A DNA stretch of 64,000 nucleotides, taken from an uncultured Gemmatimonadaceae bacterium (GTDB lineage: Bacteria; Gemmatimonadota; Gemmatimonadetes; Gemmatimonadales; Gemmatimonadaceae). The stretch lies in NCBI GenBank assembly GCA_963817955.1, contig CAWFQK010000001.1, forward strand, positions 288,001 to 352,000, in the 5' to 3' direction. The stretch's first letter is position 1; the number at the start of each line of letters is the position of its first letter. The position numbers and the translations under genes are program-made. Of this stretch, positions 9,083 through 18,285 are shown one piece after another. The notes below the pieces were generated by a model. That model was not told the DNA's origin. It did not search any database and saw nothing but the letters and a program-made list of their open reading frames with translations.

Positions 9083-9247
9083 ATCACGCCTGCCTCCCCC
9101 CTGAACGAGGCTCTCGAGGCGGCGAAGCGCGAGTATCTGGCCCTGCTCGAGGCCGAGGCCGCCAAGGGCAAGGGCGGACGTCCCAAGAAGAACCCGGCGA
9201 AAGCCACGAACGACGAGCTCGACGCGGAGGACGCAGACGCAGAATGA
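9083..9247 (+). CDS. Possible 54-aa small protein with a non-canonical ATC start and an AT-hook-like GRPKK motif
   Basis: AAAGGAG lies 5 nt upstream of ATC. Frame reads (M)TPASPLNEALEAAKREYLALLEAEAAKGKGGRPKKNPAKATNDELDAEDADAE* with gene-like codon usage. Confidence 0.45.
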   Translation: MTPASPLNEALEAAKREYLALLEAEAAKGKGGRPKKNPAKATNDELDAEDADAE

Positions 9248-9279
9248 CAAGTGGGGTTCATTTGTGCTTAATTGCGTGA

Positions 9280-9465
9280 GTGCGCCTCGATCGTAAACTG
9301 CTGCTCATTGCACCGACCATCGTGTTGTTCTTCGCGGCAGGCATTCTGTGACACGCCGCGCTCCAGGTCGAGCCTACACGGACGGCGGCGACCACGGCGA
9401 GCCGTGACCTCCTCGAGGTGCTGGGCGGGTTCGCCGCGCTGCTCGTTTTACATGGCGCGCAGTAA
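9280..9465 (+). pseudogene. Possible small membrane-protein gene with in-frame TGA at 9349 (or a 23-aa hydrophobic peptide)
   Basis: GTG-RLDRKLLLIAPTIVLFFAAGIL*HAALQVEPTRTAATTASRDLLEVLGGFAALLVLHGAQ*. Confidence 0.3.
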
Positions 9466-9538
9466 GTGTGCCCTGCGACACACGGTAATATCCCAGTACA
9501 TTCTCGGTATGAAAGACGCCAGTCGGAGATCGGCCACG

Positions 9539-10054
9539 ATGACGATGACACAATCGGTGTTCGTCACCGCAGCACTCGCGCTGCTGGTACCGTTTGCTTC
9601 GCTCGCCGCTCAGCGGTGCCGAGGATGCGCCGCTGAAGACACCGTGCGGCGGACCCACGTTTCGCCCGCGGTGGGCCTGCATGTTGGAACGCCGGAAAAA
9701 GCGTCGCTGACACTCGGCGTCCTGCTGGGCGAAGAATGGCAGCAAGGCGGGCGCGACCATTCGCGCAATGTGGCGTTGCTAGCCGAACCCGGGTTCGGCG
9801 CCGGACGCGCTTCGGTCGCACTCTTCGACCACGGGTATGGGAACTTCGGGTCCGGGTTCGGAGTCGCCGGCACGATCCTGCGGACGTGGAAGAACCCATG
9901 GACCGTGCCGCCGAATATGACCTACGCCGGCGGCGAGTTGATTCTCTGGCCGATTCTGTTCGTGGGCCCGCGGATCGGCGTGTTCCATCGCGTTGGCGGC
10001 ACGACGATGAACTACAAGTGGCTCGTCGGTCTCGATTTCGGAATCGGCCTGTGA
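9539..10054 (+). CDS. Secreted/outer-membrane beta-rich hypothetical protein
   Basis: GGAG RBS, signal peptide ending LAA-Q, alternating beta-strand pattern, C-terminal WLVGLDFGIGL. Confidence 0.7.
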   Translation: MTMTQSVFVTAALALLVPFASLAAQRCRGCAAEDTVRRTHVSPAVGLHVGTPEKASLTLGVLLGEEWQQGGRDHSRNVALLAEPGFGAGRASVALFDHGYGNFGSGFGVAGTILRTWKNPWTVPPNMTYAGGELILWPILFVGPRIGVFHRVGGTTMNYKWLVGLDFGIGL

Positions 10055-10061
10055 GTCACGT

Positions 10062-11237
10062 ATGACGAGCCGGCTCTACTACACCGACGCCTATCGCACG
10101 CAGTTCACCGCGAAGGTCGTGGATCGCAGCGAGGACGACAGGCGAATCTACCTCGACGAGACAGCGTTTTACCCTACCTCCGGGGGTCAACCGCACGACG
10201 CCGGCAGCCTGGGTGGCGTGGACGTCGTCGATGTCATCGACGAGGGGGAGCGAATTGCCCACGTGCTTGCCGCTCCGCTCGCTGGATCGGCATCCTTGGT
10301 CGAAGGCCACATCGATTGGGCGTGGCGCTTCGATAACATGCAACAACACACCGGACAGCACCTGCTCTCGGCGGTGTTCGAGGATCTGTACGGCGCAAAG
10401 ACACTGAGTGTGCACTTTGGGCCGGACGACTCCACGGTCGATCTCGACGCGGAGTCGTTATCGCACACGCAGCTCGTCGTAGCGGAGGCACGCGCCAACG
10501 CCGTCGTGGCCGAGGCCCGCCCGGTAACGGTCGCATTCGAAGACGCGACGGCGGCAGCGGGCCTGCGCAAGAGTTCGGATCGAGAGGGCCTGTTACGCAT
10601 CGTGTCGATCACGGATCTCGACCGCAGCGCGTGCGGCGGCACGCACGTGCGGTCGACTGCCGAGATCGGCGTCGTACTGCTTCGCTCGGTCGAAAAAGTC
10701 AGGAAGACGACGCGCGTGGAGTTCGTCTGCGGCGGTCGTGCGATCGCGCGGGCGCGCCGCGATTACGAGTCATTGACGGCCATCGCGACATCGCTGTCAG
10801 CGGCGTTCGACGACGCACCATCGCTCGTCGCGGCGCAAGCCGAGCGCATGAAAGAGGGCGATAGCGCGCGAAAGAAACTGGAGAAAGAGCTCGCGACATT
10901 CCGCGCACGCGGACGATACGACGCCGCGGTACCCGATGTGGACGGCATACGCACCCTCGTCATTCGCGACGCCATTTCGTCCGACGAGTTACGCGCCCTG
11001 GCACAGGCGGCGTTCGTTCTCCCGCGTGTGGTGGTCGTGGGAGCGCTCGACACGCCGCCGTCCGTACTTGTCGCATCATCGGAAGACTCAGGCGTAGACG
11101 CTGGCAAGCTGCTGAAGGAGAAGCTATCGGCGATTGGTGGTCGGGGGGGTGGCTCACCGCGTCTGGCGCAGGGCAGCGTACCCGATGCGGCGGCACTGGA
11201 ACTGGTCGTGACGCAGCTGCTCAACCGCTCCCACTGA
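10062..11237 (+). CDS. alaX: Alanyl-tRNA editing protein AlaX with DHHA1 domain
   Basis: FYPTSGGQPHD, Zn ligands QQHTGQH and CGGTH, C-terminal GGRGGG. Confidence 0.9.
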   Translation: MTSRLYYTDAYRTQFTAKVVDRSEDDRRIYLDETAFYPTSGGQPHDAGSLGGVDVVDVIDEGERIAHVLAAPLAGSASLVEGHIDWAWRFDNMQQHTGQHLLSAVFEDLYGAKTLSVHFGPDDSTVDLDAESLSHTQLVVAEARANAVVAEARPVTVAFEDATAAAGLRKSSDREGLLRIVSITDLDRSACGGTHVRSTAEIGVVLLRSVEKVRKTTRVEFVCGGRAIARARRDYESLTAIATSLSAAFDDAPSLVAAQAERMKEGDSARKKLEKELATFRARGRYDAAVPDVDGIRTLVIRDAISSDELRALAQAAFVLPRVVVVGALDTPPSVLVASSEDSGVDAGKLLKEKLSAIGGRGGGSPRLAQGSVPDAAALELVVTQLLNRSH

Positions 11238-12303
11238 CGATCGCCTCGTTCCAGACCGCGTCGACGGCGCGAAGCATTCGCTCGACGCCCAGTGTCGCCA
11301 GTGTTGGCTCGGGATGTTCGACACTTTCGCCGATGGTGCCGTAGAGTCCCCATCGTTCGGCCGACCCGCGCACATACATCGCGACGCACGGCGTCTGAAA
11401 AGCCGACGCGGCGTGCGCGATGCTGGTGTCGGGGGTGAAGACGAAGTCTGCCGTTGCCACGAGCGAGAACGCATCGCGAATGGTTGGTGTCGCAACGAAG
11501 GCGCCCCCGCCCTGCCGGGCAACGTACTCGCCGCGGCTCGACTCCGCCGGCGCGCTGATCACGCGAAACGCGACTCGCGCATGTTGCGCGCGGATGTGCC
11601 GCATGACGGCGACGTAATGGTCGTCTGGCCACAGGCGGGCTGACGTTCCGGCCGAGACGTTCACGAGCACGCGTGCACCCTCACGCGCGCCCCACGCCGC
11701 TTCGGCGCGCTGTCGCTCGTCACCTGTGAGCGTGACCACGGGCTGGCGTTCCGCGCGGTCGCGCTCAACGTCGAACGCCGGAACGAGCGCTGCCAGAAGG
11801 TCTACCATATGCGCGTCAGGGCGCGTCTCAGGCGGTACCGTGACGTTGAACGCGGCGTCATTGCCCCGGCCGGCAATGCCGACGCGATACCGCGCGCCGC
11901 TCGCGTAGATCAAGAGCAGCGTCGTCAACGATGGCGCGGTGACCATGCAGTCGATCACCGCGTCGTAGCGCTTGCCACGCAGCCGCAGCGCCGTCGGGAG
12001 ATATTGGCCGAGCTTCTTCTTGTCAAAGACCACCACGTCGGCCACGTAGTCCGCCGCCTCGAGGATGGCGGAGTTGGCCGGCGACGCGAGCACATCGAGC
12101 GTGATGGTCCGATGCGATCGCGCGATCGCGCGCATGACGCCGGTAGACAGGATCATGTCGCCCGCACGGTCGTGCCGTAGAAACAGGACGCGGAATGGCC
12201 GCGACGCCCACGCGGGCCGGGACCCACCGGACCGCCGCATGATCCGCACGAGAATCCGGATCCAGAGCGCGCGCCACCACAGCTCGAGACTCTTGAGACG
12301 CAT
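11221..12303 (-). CDS. Glycosyltransferase family 9 (LPS heptosyltransferase-like)
   Basis: RHDRAGDMIL, YDAVID, DTSIAHAASA motifs. Confidence 0.85.
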   Translation of the reverse strand: MRLKSLELWWRALWIRILVRIMRRSGGSRPAWASRPFRVLFLRHDRAGDMILSTGVMRAIARSHRTITLDVLASPANSAILEAADYVADVVVFDKKKLGQYLPTALRLRGKRYDAVIDCMVTAPSLTTLLLIYASGARYRVGIAGRGNDAAFNVTVPPETRPDAHMVDLLAALVPAFDVERDRAERQPVVTLTGDERQRAEAAWGAREGARVLVNVSAGTSARLWPDDHYVAVMRHIRAQHARVAFRVISAPAESSRGEYVARQGGGAFVATPTIRDAFSLVATADFVFTPDTSIAHAASAFQTPCVAMYVRGSAERWGLYGTIGESVEHPEPTLATLGVERMLRAVDAVWNEAIVSGSG

Positions 12304-12419
12304 TGTAAGGAAAGTATAGCGAGTTGGCACGCGGTCATTGGCGATTGCCGCACGACGATTCATACTTCTCTCGGACGCCGCGTGCGCGTCCGTCCACCCA
12401 TCTGCACGAGGAATCGATC

Positions 12420-13859
12420 GTGAATCGCACCGTTCGACTGCGGTGGTGCGCGCTCGCGCTTGCCGCTGCCACACTGGCGCCGCTGGCGCCCGCCCTGGCT
12501 CAGGCGACCCCGAACCGCACCGCCATCCGCATCCCGTTCGAGAAGTACACGCTCGCGAACGGCCTGACCGTGGTGCTGTCGGAAGATCATGCCACGCCGA
12601 CCGTGGCGGTGGAGGTCATCTACCACGTCGGCTCGAAGAACGAGATCGTGGGCCATACCGGCTTCGCGCACATGTTCGAGCATGTGATGTTCACCGGGTC
12701 AGGTCACGTGCCGTACGGCACGCACGACAAGTTTACCGAAGGCGTGGGCGGATCGAACAACGGCCAGACCGACTTCGACTGGACCCGCTACTACGAGACG
12801 GATCCCGCGAACTACCTCGAGACAACGCTCTGGCTCGAATCGGATCGCATGGGGTTTCTCCTCGATTCCCTCGACGATGCAAAGTTCCGCGCCCAACGGG
12901 ACATCGTGAAGAACGAGCGGCGGCAGAGCTACGACAACCAGCCATACAATCGCGATCGCGAGATTCTCGGTACGTATCTGTACCCGAGCGGGCACCCGTA
13001 TTCGTGGCCAACGATCGGCAGCATGGCGGATCTCACCAACGCGACCGTGGAGGACGTGAAGAATTTCTTCCGCCTCTACTATGCGCCGAACAACGCCACG
13101 CTGGCGATCGTCGGCGATTTCAAGCCCGCGCAGGTGAAGCCGTTGATCGCCAAGTACTTCAGCGGCATCCCACGCGGCAAGCCGATCACCCGGCCAACGG
13201 TGGGGCCGTCGTCGCTCACGACTGAGAAGCGCCTCACCTTTGAGGATCGGGTGCAGGTGCCGCGGCTGACCATCCAGTGGCCGAGCGTTGGCGTGCACAG
13301 CGAGGACCAGCCCGCGCTCGATCTGTTGAGCGATATCCTCGGAGGCTCGCGCATTTCGCGGTTGACCAAGGCATTGGTGTACGATTCACAGAGCGCGGCG
13401 AACGTGTCGGTGTATCAGAACCCGGCAGAGAATGTTGGCGATTTCGACATCATCGCCACACCGCGTCCCGGACACACACTCACCGAGCTCGAGACGCAGG
13501 TGGACTCCATCCTCAGCCGCCTCAAGCGGGAGGGGCCGACCACCGATGAGCTGAAGCGCGTGAAAGCGGGCCAGGAGTTGGGTTTCCTCAGTGGGCTGCA
13601 GTCGAATCTCGGCAAGGCATTCCAGCTCGCCGAAGACCAGACGTTCTTCAACGACCCCGGGCACTTCACCCTCGAATACGCACGCACGCAGGCTGTGAGC
13701 GCCGCAGACATCAAACGCGTGGCGAACAGGTACCTGGGTTCGGCGCGCATCGTGTTGAGTGACGTACCGATCGGCAAGCCGGAACTGGCGTCCCATGCCG
13801 ACAGGAGTACCGTCGTCACGGATCCATTCACCGAAAAGACTCCGGAGAGCAAGCCATGA
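12420..13859 (+). CDS. M16 family (pitrilysin/PqqL-like) zinc metallopeptidase, catalytic subunit, exported
   Basis: GFAHMFEH inverted zinc motif, VKNERRQ, YYAPNNATL, signal peptide; GTG start with GAGGA RBS. Confidence 0.9.
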   Translation: MNRTVRLRWCALALAAATLAPLAPALAQATPNRTAIRIPFEKYTLANGLTVVLSEDHATPTVAVEVIYHVGSKNEIVGHTGFAHMFEHVMFTGSGHVPYGTHDKFTEGVGGSNNGQTDFDWTRYYETDPANYLETTLWLESDRMGFLLDSLDDAKFRAQRDIVKNERRQSYDNQPYNRDREILGTYLYPSGHPYSWPTIGSMADLTNATVEDVKNFFRLYYAPNNATLAIVGDFKPAQVKPLIAKYFSGIPRGKPITRPTVGPSSLTTEKRLTFEDRVQVPRLTIQWPSVGVHSEDQPALDLLSDILGGSRISRLTKALVYDSQSAANVSVYQNPAENVGDFDIIATPRPGHTLTELETQVDSILSRLKREGPTTDELKRVKAGQELGFLSGLQSNLGKAFQLAEDQTFFNDPGHFTLEYARTQAVSAADIKRVANRYLGSARIVLSDVPIGKPELASHADRSTVVTDPFTEKTPESKP

Positions 13860-15334
13860 TCCCGCGCACGCTTCGCGCCGGCTCGCGCGCTGCGCTGGCC
13901 CTGGCGCTCCTGATCGCCGCGCCGCTCTCGGCGCAACAGCAGACAAACAAGCAACCGGCATTGGATCGCCGAGTGGTGCCGGCGGCGGGCAAAACGCCGG
14001 AGCTACACGTGCCGTCCTGGACCAAGACGACATTGTCGAACGGCGCACAGCTCATCGTGTCGGAGAGGCACGGCCTGCCGCTCGTCTCCTTCCAGATCAA
14101 CTTTGTCGGCGGCGCGTATCAGTATGAGCCGGCGGACAAGACCGGGCTGGCGAATTTCGTTTCGTCGATGCTGACGGAAGGCACGACGCATCGCACCGGC
14201 GACCAGATATCAAATGACCTCCAGTTGCTCGGCACCAACGTCGGCGCATCGATCAGCGGCGAGCAAGGACGCATTGCCTTCCTTTCGACCAAGGACAAGT
14301 TCGCGCCGGTACTGTCCATTCTTGCCGACATACTCGAAAACCCGACGTTCCCGCAGGCAGCGCTCGATCGATTGCGCTCACGAACGCTGGTCGCGTTGAC
14401 GCAGAACCGCGATCGCACGACCGGCATAGCCGGCATCGTGTTCCCGAAGGTGCTGTACACGACAGCCAATCCGTATGGCCGCAGTCCCAACGAGGCCTCG
14501 GTAAAGGCAATCACACGCGATGATCTCGTGTCGTTCTACAACACGTATTTCCAGCCCGGGCACGCGATCATCACTGTGGTGGGCGACGTCACGACCGCGA
14601 ACGTGAAGCGCGTTGTCGAACAGGCGCTGGCCGGGTGGAAGACGGGCGGCGCGATGCCGCGCTTCGATTATCCAGCCCCCCCAGCGCCGAAGCCGACGAC
14701 GATCTACCTGGTGGACAAGCCCGGCGCTGCCCAGTCCACATTCGCGATCGGCGAAGTGGGACCGCCGCGCGACACACCAGACTACTATGCGTTGCGCGTG
14801 ATGAACGAGATGTTGGGTGTCCTGTTCCAATCGCGGCTCAACCACGACATCCGTGAGGTGAAGGGCTACAGCTACGGCGTGGGGTCGAGCTTCTCGTTCG
14901 GCCACGGGCCGGGTCCGTTCCGAGCCGGCGGGGACGTGGTGACGGCAAAGACCGACAGCGCGTTGATCGAGTTCATGAAACAGCTTCGCGACATCCGTGG
15001 CGCCCGTCCGCCGTCGGACGACGAAATGGCACAGGCGCAAGCGAGCCTGGTGCAGAGCCTGCCGGCGTCGTTCGCGTCGGTGACCGGGGTGAACGGCAAC
15101 ATTGCGTCGATCTACACGCAGGGACTGCCTGAGACGTACTACCAGCAGTTCGCCAAGGCAGTGGACGCGGTGACCAAGGCCGACGTCGTGCGAGTTGCGC
15201 GGACGTATATCGATCCCGATCACCTGTCGATCGTCATCGTCGGCGACCGGTCGGCGATCGAAGCCCCACTCGCTGCCACCAAGATCGCTCCGATCGTCGT
15301 CCTGGATGTGAACGGCGATCCAATAAGCAAATGA
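13856..15334 (+). CDS. M16 family peptidase-like non-catalytic subunit, exported
   Basis: HXXEH replaced by GLANFVSSML; SRLNHDIREVKGYSY R/Y motif; ATGA overlap with its partner. Confidence 0.88.
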   Translation: MIPRTLRAGSRAALALALLIAAPLSAQQQTNKQPALDRRVVPAAGKTPELHVPSWTKTTLSNGAQLIVSERHGLPLVSFQINFVGGAYQYEPADKTGLANFVSSMLTEGTTHRTGDQISNDLQLLGTNVGASISGEQGRIAFLSTKDKFAPVLSILADILENPTFPQAALDRLRSRTLVALTQNRDRTTGIAGIVFPKVLYTTANPYGRSPNEASVKAITRDDLVSFYNTYFQPGHAIITVVGDVTTANVKRVVEQALAGWKTGGAMPRFDYPAPPAPKPTTIYLVDKPGAAQSTFAIGEVGPPRDTPDYYALRVMNEMLGVLFQSRLNHDIREVKGYSYGVGSSFSFGHGPGPFRAGGDVVTAKTDSALIEFMKQLRDIRGARPPSDDEMAQAQASLVQSLPASFASVTGVNGNIASIYTQGLPETYYQQFAKAVDAVTKADVVRVARTYIDPDHLSIVIVGDRSAIEAPLAATKIAPIVVLDVNGDPISK

Positions 15335-15458
15335 ATTCAGGGTTGGCAGTCTCGGGGTCCCTTTGTCCCTGGCGCGTCCTCCCCGCGCCAGGCGTTCGGT
15401 CGCATATTTTCATCTCGCAGCAACTCCTCCGCCTGATCGCACGTCACGCCATCAAACC

Positions 15459-16814
15459 ATGACGCAGACATCCGCCAACGCTCACTCGCCCGCACTCTCG
15501 CCGACGGTTTCGTCGCTCGAAGAGCTGTGGATGCCCTTTACCGCGAACCGCGCATACAAGCATGCGCCCCGGTTGCTCGCCTCTGCCAAGGACATGTACT
15601 ACACCACGGCCGATGGGCGACAGATTCTCGACGCCACCGCGGGCTTGTGGTGCGTGAACGCCGGCCATTGCCGCGAGTCGATCACCGCGGCCATCCGGCA
15701 GCAGGCGGGGACGCTGGATTACGCCCCCCCATTCCAACTGGGTCATCCACTCGAGTTCGAGCTCGCGCGCCGACTCGCGGCCATGCTTCCGGGCGACATC
15801 GACCACGTGTTCTTCGGCAATTCCGGATCGGAGGCGGTGGACAGCGCGCTCAAGATTGCCCTTGCCTACTGGCAGGCGAAAGGTGAACCGGAGCGCGTGC
15901 GATTCATCGGACGTGGGCGCGGTTATCATGGCGTCGGATTCGGCGGAATGTCGGTGGGTGGCATCGAGGCAAACCGCAAACAGTTCGCCGCGCAATCATT
16001 GCCGGCGGTGAGTCATCTGCCCCACACGCACGACCTGTCGCGCAACGCGTTCACGCGCGGACAGCCGGAGCACGGCGTCGAATTCGCGGATGCGTTGGAG
16101 GCGCTGGTCGCCGAGCATGGCGCATCGACGATTGCCGCTGTGATCCTCGAGCCAGTTGCCGGCTCAACGGGCGTGCTCGTACCGCCGCGTGGCTATCTCG
16201 AGCGCATCCGTCAGATCTGCGACCGCCACGGCATTCTGCTCATTTTCGACGAAGTGATTACCGGATTTGGCCGGCTCGGGGCATCGTTCGCCGCGACGAA
16301 ATTCGGCGTGCTCCCCGATATGATGACGATTGCAAAGGGAGTGACCAATGCCACGGTGCCGATGGGCGCGGTGGGCGTGCGTCACGCCGTCTACGACACA
16401 GTGGTGAATCATTCCGCGTCGGCCATTGAGTTGTTCCATGGATATACCTACTCCGGCCACCCACTGGCCGCGGCAGCCGCGCTGGCGACGCTCGATCTGT
16501 ACGCAACCGAAGGGCTGTTCGAGCGAGCCGCATCACTGGAATCGTACTGGGCCGACGCGGTGCACGCGCTCCGCGGCTCACCCCATGTGATCGATCTTCG
16601 CAATATCGGGCTCGTTGCCGGCATCGAGCTCGAGTCGCGGCCGGGCGCTGTCGGCGCGCGCGCCTTCGACGTCTTTCTCAAGTGCTTCGAGGCCGGCGTG
16701 CTCGTTCGCTCCGCCGGTGACACCATTGCACTCTCGCCGCCACTGATCATCGAACGTGAGCAGATCGACCGCGCCTTCGATCTGCTCGGGACCGCACTGC
16801 GGAGTGTGGACTGA
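15459..16814 (+). CDS. Class III aminotransferase, omega-amino acid (beta-alanine):pyruvate type
   Basis: LWMPFTANR, GLWCVNAGH, RGYHGVGFGG, FDEVITGFGR, TIAKG (PLP Lys), FHGYTYSGHP. Confidence 0.9.
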   Translation: MTQTSANAHSPALSPTVSSLEELWMPFTANRAYKHAPRLLASAKDMYYTTADGRQILDATAGLWCVNAGHCRESITAAIRQQAGTLDYAPPFQLGHPLEFELARRLAAMLPGDIDHVFFGNSGSEAVDSALKIALAYWQAKGEPERVRFIGRGRGYHGVGFGGMSVGGIEANRKQFAAQSLPAVSHLPHTHDLSRNAFTRGQPEHGVEFADALEALVAEHGASTIAAVILEPVAGSTGVLVPPRGYLERIRQICDRHGILLIFDEVITGFGRLGASFAATKFGVLPDMMTIAKGVTNATVPMGAVGVRHAVYDTVVNHSASAIELFHGYTYSGHPLAAAAALATLDLYATEGLFERAASLESYWADAVHALRGSPHVIDLRNIGLVAGIELESRPGAVGARAFDVFLKCFEAGVLVRSAGDTIALSPPLIIEREQIDRAFDLLGTALRSVD

Positions 16815-16815
16815 C

Positions 16816-17778
16816 GTGGGGCGATACGGACGGTCTGTGGCGGCGTTACTCGTGTTCGTCGCGAGCGCATGTACTCTCCAGGAAGCGGGCACGCGCCCCG
16901 ACACCGCGGCGTCGGCGAACCCATCGCGACTGAGCACGAAACCATGGAATCCCAACACGTGGCAGCCGCCAGTGGTGGACAGCACGCCGGATGATCCGTT
17001 CGAAGCCTCCGTGTACCGCGGCCTGGCGCTGATTACCCACACGCGCGACAGCCTTCCCGCGTACGTGGGAGGCACCCTCAATTGTACGAGTTGTCACCTA
17101 GAAGAAGGGCGCCGCGTGAACGCGGCGCCGCTCGTCGGTGTGGTGGCGCGGTATCCGATGTACATGGACCGCACGGCCGCAGTCGTGCCGATCGAGGATC
17201 GCGTGAACTACTGCTTCACGCGCAGTCTCGCCGGCTCCAAGCTACCGCCGGACAGCCGCGAGATGCAGGACATCGTCGCCTATCTCGCATACATCTCGCG
17301 CGGGGTTCCGACGGGAGAACACGTGCGCGGCGAGGGATTGGCGAGTATCCCCAAATTGACTGGCGACTCGGTTCGGGGCCGAGCGCTGTTTGTCCAGAAC
17401 TGCGCCCGGTGTCACGGCAATAACGGCGCTGGCATGGGACCGATTCCTGCCCTCTGGGGCGCGAAATCGTTCAGCATCGGTGCCTCGCTGGCGCGCCAGG
17501 AACGCGCCGCATCGTTCATTCGACACAACATGCCTCTCGATCGTCCAGGAACGATCTCGGATCAACAGGCGTTCGATCTTGCCGCGTACGTGACGTCGAT
17601 GCCGCGGCCCGATTCCCCTGGCAAGGAGTTGGATTGGCCAACTGGCGGTGCACCGGCCGACGTGCCGTACGCCACGAGAGGTCACGCGGCGTATCGGCCG
17701 CCAAAGTTGTTGCCGCGCACGACCAACCCCACCGCGGCAATCGTCGGACCGCCAGCGTCAGTGCTGAAATCCAGATAG
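16816..17778 (+). CDS. tsdA: Diheme cytochrome c lipoprotein, thiosulfate dehydrogenase TsdA family
   Basis: Lipobox VASAC; two CxxCH motifs (CTSCH, CARCH); catalytic Cys in RVNYCFTRS; ALWG..SFSIGA; FIRHNMP. Confidence 0.8.
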   Translation: MGRYGRSVAALLVFVASACTLQEAGTRPDTAASANPSRLSTKPWNPNTWQPPVVDSTPDDPFEASVYRGLALITHTRDSLPAYVGGTLNCTSCHLEEGRRVNAAPLVGVVARYPMYMDRTAAVVPIEDRVNYCFTRSLAGSKLPPDSREMQDIVAYLAYISRGVPTGEHVRGEGLASIPKLTGDSVRGRALFVQNCARCHGNNGAGMGPIPALWGAKSFSIGASLARQERAASFIRHNMPLDRPGTISDQQAFDLAAYVTSMPRPDSPGKELDWPTGGAPADVPYATRGHAAYRPPKLLPRTTNPTAAIVGPPASVLKSR

Positions 17779-17940
17779 TAAGGGGGAGGCGCCATCAATC
17801 GCCGGTGCACCATGGGTCGGGAGCTGGACCGTTTTGCTCCCACCGTTGTCAAAACGCCTTCGCAAGCACATATTCGCCATACGTTCGTCACGCAGTTCCG
17901 GAACGGACCCGACGATGGGTCCCCCGCGGAGTTATCAACC

Positions 17941-18255
17941 ATGGGTACGGCCAGCAGTGTCAGCGCCACCTTGGCGGTGATCCCGAACAAGGAGGACGCG
18001 CCTCGCGTCATCCAGCAGTTCACGTCGATCTTCCTCGTCGGCCGCTACGGCTGCCTCTGGCGAGTCTATGATACCGCGGCGCCCAATAGCGCCGATCGAC
18101 GGATGCCATCGGCAGGAACGAGCCTCTCCACCAGGATCTTCGTCGCGCTTGCCCGCAAGGCTGAAGAGCGGGCGTACTCGTTCGTACCCGGCGAATCACA
18201 CGACATCGATCCGGTGAGCCTCCAGCGTCAGCTCGACGAGAGCGCTTCGCAATAG
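17941..18255 (+). CDS. Hypothetical protein
   Basis: Fills the gap between tsdA and the convergent peptidase; WRVYD...RIFV...LQRQL pattern; start uncertain (17812 possible). Confidence 0.6.
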   Translation: MGTASSVSATLAVIPNKEDAPRVIQQFTSIFLVGRYGCLWRVYDTAAPNSADRRMPSAGTSLSTRIFVALARKAEERAYSFVPGESHDIDPVSLQRQLDESASQ

Positions 18256-18285
18256 CGGAGCGCCCCCGCCGGCAGTACGAATTGC

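Noticed and set aside
13856..15334. M16 pseudogene because HXXEH is missing
   Set aside because: This is the normal non-catalytic partner of heterodimeric M16B peptidases; it retains the R/Y motif.
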